Below are positions 53,070 through 57,796 of a DNA stretch of 57,796 bases, piece by piece. Origin of the DNA: Thermoanaerobaculia bacterium. Its GTDB lineage: Bacteria > Acidobacteriota > Thermoanaerobaculia > Gp7-AA8. The stretch is taken from positions 1 to 57,796 of the forward strand of contig DATEOX010000746.1 of assembly GCA_035273585.1 (NCBI GenBank), given 5' to 3'. The notes below the pieces were generated by a model. That model made no database searches. It was not told where the DNA came from and saw only the letters and a program-made list of their open reading frames with translations. The position numbers and the translations under genes were made by a program. The first letter of the stretch is position 1; every line of letters starts with the position of its first letter.

Positions 53070-53691
53070 CGATCACTCCATCGTGAGGCGCGGAATGCGC
53101 TCCCTTCTGGAGACGGAGGAGTCGGTGGAAGTCGTGGCCGAGGCGGCGGACGGGCTGGAAGCGCTGCGGCTCTGTGAAGAGCATCATCCCGACCTGCTGA
53201 TCCTCGACGTGGCAATGCCGAAGTTGAACGGGATCGATGTTGCAGCGCGCTCCCAGAAGATGCAACCGCCGCCGCTGGCGATCATGCTGAGCATGCATCT
53301 CGACGAGTCGTATGTGATGCGCGCCATCAATGCCGGCGCGCGCGGATATCTCCTCAAGGACGCGACCGACGAAGACCTGTTGCCCGCCATCCGCGCCGTC
53401 GCCGCCGGAAAGTCGTTCTTCAGTCCCGCCGTGAGCGGTGTGCTCGCCGAAGAATACATGGCGCAATTGCAGGAGCGCGGGCTCACCGATTCGTACGACC
53501 TGCTGACCGACCGCGAGAAGGAGGTACTGCAGCTCCTCGCAGAGGGCCGATCGAACAAGGAAGTCGCGGCGCTGCTCGACGTAGGAGTCTCGACGGTCGA
53601 AACGCACCGTGCCAACCTCATGCAGAAGTTGAATCTCCACAGCACCGCCGAGATCGTTCTGTACGCGATGCGCAAGCGGCTGATCGTCTAG
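53050..53691 (+). CDS. NarL/FixJ-family response regulator
   Basis: GTG start. VLLADDHSIVRRG...DLLILDVAMPKLNG. LuxR HTH LTDREKEVLQLLAEGRSNKEVAALL. Confidence 0.88.
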   Translation: MRVLLADDHSIVRRGMRSLLETEESVEVVAEAADGLEALRLCEEHHPDLLILDVAMPKLNGIDVAARSQKMQPPPLAIMLSMHLDESYVMRAINAGARGYLLKDATDEDLLPAIRAVAAGKSFFSPAVSGVLAEEYMAQLQERGLTDSYDLLTDREKEVLQLLAEGRSNKEVAALLDVGVSTVETHRANLMQKLNLHSTAEIVLYAMRKRLIV

Positions 53692-53713
53692 CCGGCAGCA
53701 CCTCGATCCGCGC

Positions 53714-54526
53714 ATGACCACACTCATCGGCACGCAGGGATGGAACTACGCGGCCTGGGTGGGGCCGTTCTATCCGCCCGGCACGCGCGCGTCCGAGTTT
53801 CTCCCGACGTACGCCCGGGCGTTCCGCGCCGTGGAGGTCGACTCCACCTTCTACGCCGTTCCCGATGTGAGAGCGGTGCGCGCATGGTCGGAGCGCACAC
53901 CGCCCGGGTTCACCTTCGCGCTCAAGATGCCGAAGGAGGTGACGCACGAGTTGCGGCTGGTCAACGCCGATGACCTCGCCCGCAACTTCATCGACCGGGC
54001 GCGGGAGCTGGGCCCGAAGCTGGGGCCGATCCTGCTGCAGATGGGTCCTGACTTCGCGCCGGATGAGATGCCGGCCCTCGAGCAGTTCCTTCCCAACCTG
54101 CCGCGCGACCTCCGCTTCGCGGTCGAGCTTCGCCAGAGCCGGTGGATGCGGCCGGACGTGCTGCCGCGGTTGCTGGAGCTGCTGGCCGGGCACGGCATCG
54201 CGCTCGCGCTCAGCGACGGGAGGTGGATCCGGCGCGAGACGATGCTGGAGCTGGTCGAGCGTGCGACGGCCGACTTTCTGTATGTGCGGTGGATGGGCCC
54301 CGACCGGGAGATCACCGACTACTCGCGCGTGCAGTTCGACCGATCGGAGGAGATCCGCGCCTGGTCCGAGGCGCTGAAGCGCGCCGCGCACACGAAGGAC
54401 ATCTACGGCTTCTTCAACAATCACTTTGCCGGCCACAGCCCGGCCAGCGCACGCGAGCTGCAACGCGAGCTCGGCCAGCAGCCCGTCGACCCCGAAACGC
54501 TGCGCGGACAGCGCTCGCTGTTCTGA
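53714..54526 (+). CDS. DUF72 (YecE-like) family protein
   Basis: IGTQGWNYAAWVGPFYP...VEVDSTFYA...FALKMPKEVTH...FFNNHFAGHSP. Confidence 0.8.
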   Translation: MTTLIGTQGWNYAAWVGPFYPPGTRASEFLPTYARAFRAVEVDSTFYAVPDVRAVRAWSERTPPGFTFALKMPKEVTHELRLVNADDLARNFIDRARELGPKLGPILLQMGPDFAPDEMPALEQFLPNLPRDLRFAVELRQSRWMRPDVLPRLLELLAGHGIALALSDGRWIRRETMLELVERATADFLYVRWMGPDREITDYSRVQFDRSEEIRAWSEALKRAAHTKDIYGFFNNHFAGHSPASARELQRELGQQPVDPETLRGQRSLF

Positions 54527-54535
54527 GGATCGTCT

Positions 54536-56554
54536 TCACACGCTGGCCCGCACCGGCAGCACCACCATCGGCACCCCCAGCCACTGCAGGCGGCGCTGGA
54601 TGAGCGTCGGCGTCTCGTTGTGCAGCAGGCGGTTGAACATCCGCTCCTGGCGGAAGACCAGCTTGCCGGAGATGATCGTCGCCTTCGGATACTGCCGCGC
54701 GACGCGCTCGCAGACCTCCGTCGCCTCCGCGACCACTTCGATGCCGATGTCCGTCACCCCCTCGGCCGGAAAGCCGAGATGCCGGGTGAGATCGACATAC
54801 CGCTGCACGTTCGCGTCCGTCTCGCGCTGGAGCGCTTCGATCTCTTCGCGGCCCTTGAAGTGCCCGGAGTCGACGACGGCGATGGAGACGAAGATGAACT
54901 GCTTGTAGAGGCCGGGAAAGAAACGGAGGGTGGAGAGCACGGTGTGCACGCCGAGGCCGTTGAAGCCGCTGACCAGGATGACGGCCGTCGGCGCGTTCGG
55001 ATTGAGCGGCTGGTCATTCGGCGTGCCGGTGGTCGGGATGGCGCCGAGGATGTCGTCAAGCTGGCGGAGGCCGGCGCGGATCGAGTCGTAGTGCCGGCGG
55101 ACGCGCAGGCAAAGCAGAACGAAAAGCGTCGTGATGACCACCGTGACCCAGCCGCCGTGGCCGAACTTCTCGAACGTGGTGATGGTCAGAATGGCGGCGC
55201 ACATGATCAGCGCCAGGCCGTGGATGAAGATGTGGTAGCGGCGCTGACGCTCGCCGCCGCGCGGCCACCAGAAGCGCCACATCCCGAGCTGCGAGAGCGT
55301 GAAGGTGAGGAACACGTTGATCGAGTACATGACCACCAGGACGTGGATGTTCCCCTTCGTGTAGAAGAGCATGGCCAGCGCGGCGCCGCCCATCAGGATC
55401 ACGCCGTTGTGCATCGAGAGCTGCTCGGAGAGCGCGGCGAAGCGGTGCGGGAAGAAGGAGTCGACGGCCATGTTGGCCATCACGCGCGGGCCGTCGATGA
55501 AGCCCGCCTGCGCGGCGACGAAGAGGAGCAGGCCCTCCGAGATCAGCGTGACCAGCACGAGCCAGTAGCCGACCGGGACGCCGCCCAGCCGCCACCCTCC
55601 GAACGCGGTCTCGGAGAGGACGGCGTTCATCGTCTTGCTGTCCACAGGGCGCGTCTGCAGGAGGAGGTACGCGACGAGGATGCCGGACGCGGTGAGCGCC
55701 AGCGAGACGGCCATGTAGACCATCGTCTTCTTCCCCGTCTGCACGCGCGGCTCGCGCATGATCTGCAGTCCGTTCGACACCGCCTCGATCCCAGTGTACG
55801 TGCCGCCGCCCAGCGAGTAGGCGCGCAGGAACAGCAGCAGCATGCCGCCCAGGCCGAGCGTCGCCAGCCCGTTCGCGTATTCGGTCGAAAGCCGGTGCGA
55901 GACCTCGGGGATGGCGCCGACGTGGGTGAAGATCGAATAGCCGATGAGCAGCGCGTGCGTAGCCAGGAAGACGAGGAAGATCGGCGTCAGGATCTTCACC
56001 GACTCCTTCACGCCGCGGAGGTTGAGAGCGATGAGGAGGACGATGGCCGCCACCTCCACGGACATCTTCCAGGCGTGCCACGACGGCGGCAGGAAGCTGA
56101 AGATCGCGTTGCCGCCCGACGCGATCGAGACGGTGATGGTCAGGATGTAATCGACGACGAGCGCGCAGCCGGAGACCACGCCGATGCGCGGCCCGAGGAG
56201 GCGCGATGCGACGACGTAGCCGCCGCCGCCCGTCGGGAACTGCTCGATGATGCTCGAGTACGACGCCGACAGGATCAGCACCGTGATGCCGGTGGCCAGC
56301 GCGAGCCCGAGGGCGAGGTAGTGATGCCCGCCAAGCGCGCGGAACGCCTCCTCGGGGCCGTACGCCGAGGAGGAGAGTCCGTCGGCGCCGAGGCCGACCC
56401 AGGCCAGGAAGGCGATGAGCGAGATCTTGTGCAGCGCGTGCGGATCGGTGACGTCGCGTCGCTCGCCGAGAATTTTCCGCTGTACGCGGTCGGCGAGCGA
56501 CTCGGCCGGAAGCAGGGATTCGGGGGACTCTTCGGGTTTCGGTGCGGTCGACAT
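54536..56554 (-). CDS. APC-superfamily permease with C-terminal cytoplasmic domain
   Basis: 672 aa. SYSSIIEQFPTGGGGYVVASRLLG is typical of APC/amino-acid permeases. About 12 TM, then about 200 soluble residues. Confidence 0.85.
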   Translation of the reverse strand: MSTAPKPEESPESLLPAESLADRVQRKILGERRDVTDPHALHKISLIAFLAWVGLGADGLSSSAYGPEEAFRALGGHHYLALGLALATGITVLILSASYSSIIEQFPTGGGGYVVASRLLGPRIGVVSGCALVVDYILTITVSIASGGNAIFSFLPPSWHAWKMSVEVAAIVLLIALNLRGVKESVKILTPIFLVFLATHALLIGYSIFTHVGAIPEVSHRLSTEYANGLATLGLGGMLLLFLRAYSLGGGTYTGIEAVSNGLQIMREPRVQTGKKTMVYMAVSLALTASGILVAYLLLQTRPVDSKTMNAVLSETAFGGWRLGGVPVGYWLVLVTLISEGLLLFVAAQAGFIDGPRVMANMAVDSFFPHRFAALSEQLSMHNGVILMGGAALAMLFYTKGNIHVLVVMYSINVFLTFTLSQLGMWRFWWPRGGERQRRYHIFIHGLALIMCAAILTITTFEKFGHGGWVTVVITTLFVLLCLRVRRHYDSIRAGLRQLDDILGAIPTTGTPNDQPLNPNAPTAVILVSGFNGLGVHTVLSTLRFFPGLYKQFIFVSIAVVDSGHFKGREEIEALQRETDANVQRYVDLTRHLGFPAEGVTDIGIEVVAEATEVCERVARQYPKATIISGKLVFRQERMFNRLLHNETPTLIQRRLQWLGVPMVVLPVRASV

Positions 56555-56597
56555 CTCGTTTTGAGTCTATCTCGCTATGTCATTGATCTAATGGACC

Positions 56598-56990
56598 TTA
56601 ATGGTTTCTTAATGTCTGTCGGCTGGCGAAGAGCGCGGGCGCGAAGACCCAGACGAAGAGAAAGACGTTGCGCAGCAGCGGACGGTCGGGCGTTCCGATC
56701 AGTGAGTACCAGCCGTGCCCGATACGGCTGGTAATCGCAATCTCGGCGACGATCGCCAGCACCAGCCAGGCGATGCCGACGCCGAGCGCGTGCGAGATGC
56801 CGGCGCCGCGGGCGCACAAGCGCGTGTAGAGCCAGGCGACGACGATGATCGATCCGACGGTTGCGCCGGCGGCGCTCGAGGGCGACAGCACGTCGAGCTC
56901 GAGGTGGCACGCACCGGCGAGGACGGCCGCCGCGATCCAGAAGAGGAAGACGAGCATTGCGGTGGCGGCCGGGCGATGACTCATGCTCAT
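56598..56990 (-). CDS. Hypothetical 4-TM membrane protein
   Basis: 130-aa hydrophobic ORF with GC-rich third positions. Confidence 0.5.
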   Translation of the reverse strand: MSMSHRPAATAMLVFLFWIAAAVLAGACHLELDVLSPSSAAGATVGSIIVVAWLYTRLCARGAGISHALGVGIAWLVLAIVAEIAITSRIGHGWYSLIGTPDRPLLRNVFLFVWVFAPALFASRQTLRNH

Positions 56991-57061
56991 CGCAACACGG
57001 GAGGAAATCGGCGCTCGTTAAGAAAGCCGAAGGATTGGCGTCGGAAAGCCGAAATGGTTGC

Positions 57062-57754
57062 TTAAGAGATCACCGGCTCGGCGATGAAGCGATAGCCGAC
57101 CCACGGCTCGGTCACGATGTAGCGTGGCGACGACGGGTCGGGCTCGATCTTCTTGCGCAGGGAGCTCATGTGCACGCGGACGGTGTCGGCCGTGGTGCCG
57201 GGCGCATCGCGCCAGATGCGGCCGATGATGTGGTCGGTGAACATCGGTCTGCCGGCGTTCGTGGCCAGCAGCTCGAGGAGCGAATACTCGGTTGGGGTGA
57301 GATGGATCTCGCGCTCGCCCTGCGTGACGCGGCGACGCTCCAGATCGATGGACAGCCCATCGAATGCGAGCGCCTTCGCCGCGGCCGTGGTCCGGCGCAA
57401 CTGGGCGCGAACGCGGGCGAGCAGCTCGGCGACGGAGAACGGCTTGGTGACGAAATCGTCCGCGCCGAGGTCGAGGGCGCGGATCTTGTCGGCATCGTCG
57501 CCGCGGACGGAGAGGACGAGGATCGGCGTGCGTGATTTCGCCCGGATGGCGCTGATCAATTCGAAGCCGTCAGCGCGAGGCATGGAGAGGTCGGTGAGGA
57601 CGAGGTCGGGCGCGCTCGCGTCGAACGCGCGAATGCCTTCCAGCCCGTCGCTTGCCGAGACGGTCGTGTAGCCGCGCTCGTGCAGCTCACGCTCCAGCGA
57701 ATGGCGGATGGAGGGGTCGTCGTCGACCACGAGGATCACAGGGACGAGGCTCAT
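57062..57754 (-). CDS. OmpR/PhoB-family response regulator (KdpE-like)
   Basis: ILVVDDDPSIRHSL...DLVLTDLSMPRADG...KPF. Winged helix LTPTEYSLLELL...VRVHMSSLRKKIE...VGYRF. Confidence 0.88.
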   Translation of the reverse strand: MSLVPVILVVDDDPSIRHSLERELHERGYTTVSASDGLEGIRAFDASAPDLVLTDLSMPRADGFELISAIRAKSRTPILVLSVRGDDADKIRALDLGADDFVTKPFSVAELLARVRAQLRRTTAAAKALAFDGLSIDLERRRVTQGEREIHLTPTEYSLLELLATNAGRPMFTDHIIGRIWRDAPGTTADTVRVHMSSLRKKIEPDPSSPRYIVTEPWVGYRFIAEPVIS

Positions 57755-57796
57755 GATGCGGCGATCTCCGGGAGCGGCGCGGACGGCACGTCGAGC
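57751..57796 (-). CDS. 3' end of an upstream gene (probably the cognate sensor kinase), truncated by the window
   Basis: Open frame ...LDVPSAPLPEIAAS-stop, overlapping the regulator ATG (ATGA). Identity is inferred from context only. Confidence 0.3.
   Translation of the reverse strand, partial: LDVPSAPLPEIAAS

Noticed and set aside
1-57796. Search for CRISPR arrays, rRNA genes, intact transposases or IS inverted repeats.
   Set aside because: No regularly spaced repeat-spacer pattern, no rRNA-like sequence and no transposase-like ORF was seen by eye. The only recombinase signal is the truncated integrase at 15585-16020.

Overview
A high-GC (about two thirds G+C by eye) bacterial chromosomal window. 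The gene content (PQQ dehydrogenase, many two-component systems, trehalose genes) suggests a soil Acidobacteriota/Gemmatimonadota-like organism, but that is a low-confidence inference. The window has three parts. (1) 1-7.6 kb and 45-57.8 kb look like ordinary, intact core genes: a BASS transporter, PQQ quinohemoprotein dehydrogenase, USP, MFS, pxpA, tRNA-Asn, pal, otsAB, two-component systems, DUF72 and an APC permease. (2) 7.6-17.1 kb and 36.5-45 kb are accessory or decaying DNA. They contain a 101-bp direct repeat of the tRNA-Asn 3' half (7539-7639 and 15347-15447), a truncated integrase fused to a glycosyltransferase fragment, a tRNA-Asp 3' half with its terminator, an S24 repressor, VapBC, and at least ten genes broken by frameshifts or in-frame stops. 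(3) Between these flanks lies a fully intact 19-kb block (17319-36508), which is the main candidate for a new system. Its first operon has 10 translationally coupled genes centred on a 1428-aa protein that fuses an FtsZ/tubulin-like GTPase domain to an Hsp70/actin-like ATPase domain. That operon also encodes a MotA/ExbB-like channel with a long helical tail, a MotB/OmpA-like anchor, a vWA lipoprotein and a polytopic HExxH protease. A secreted caspase-like protease pair sits on the opposite strand. A second operon of 5 genes ends in a Ycf46-like AAA+ ATPase. All family assignments come from motifs read by eye, with no database search, so they need HMM and structure confirmation. No rRNA or CRISPR array was seen.
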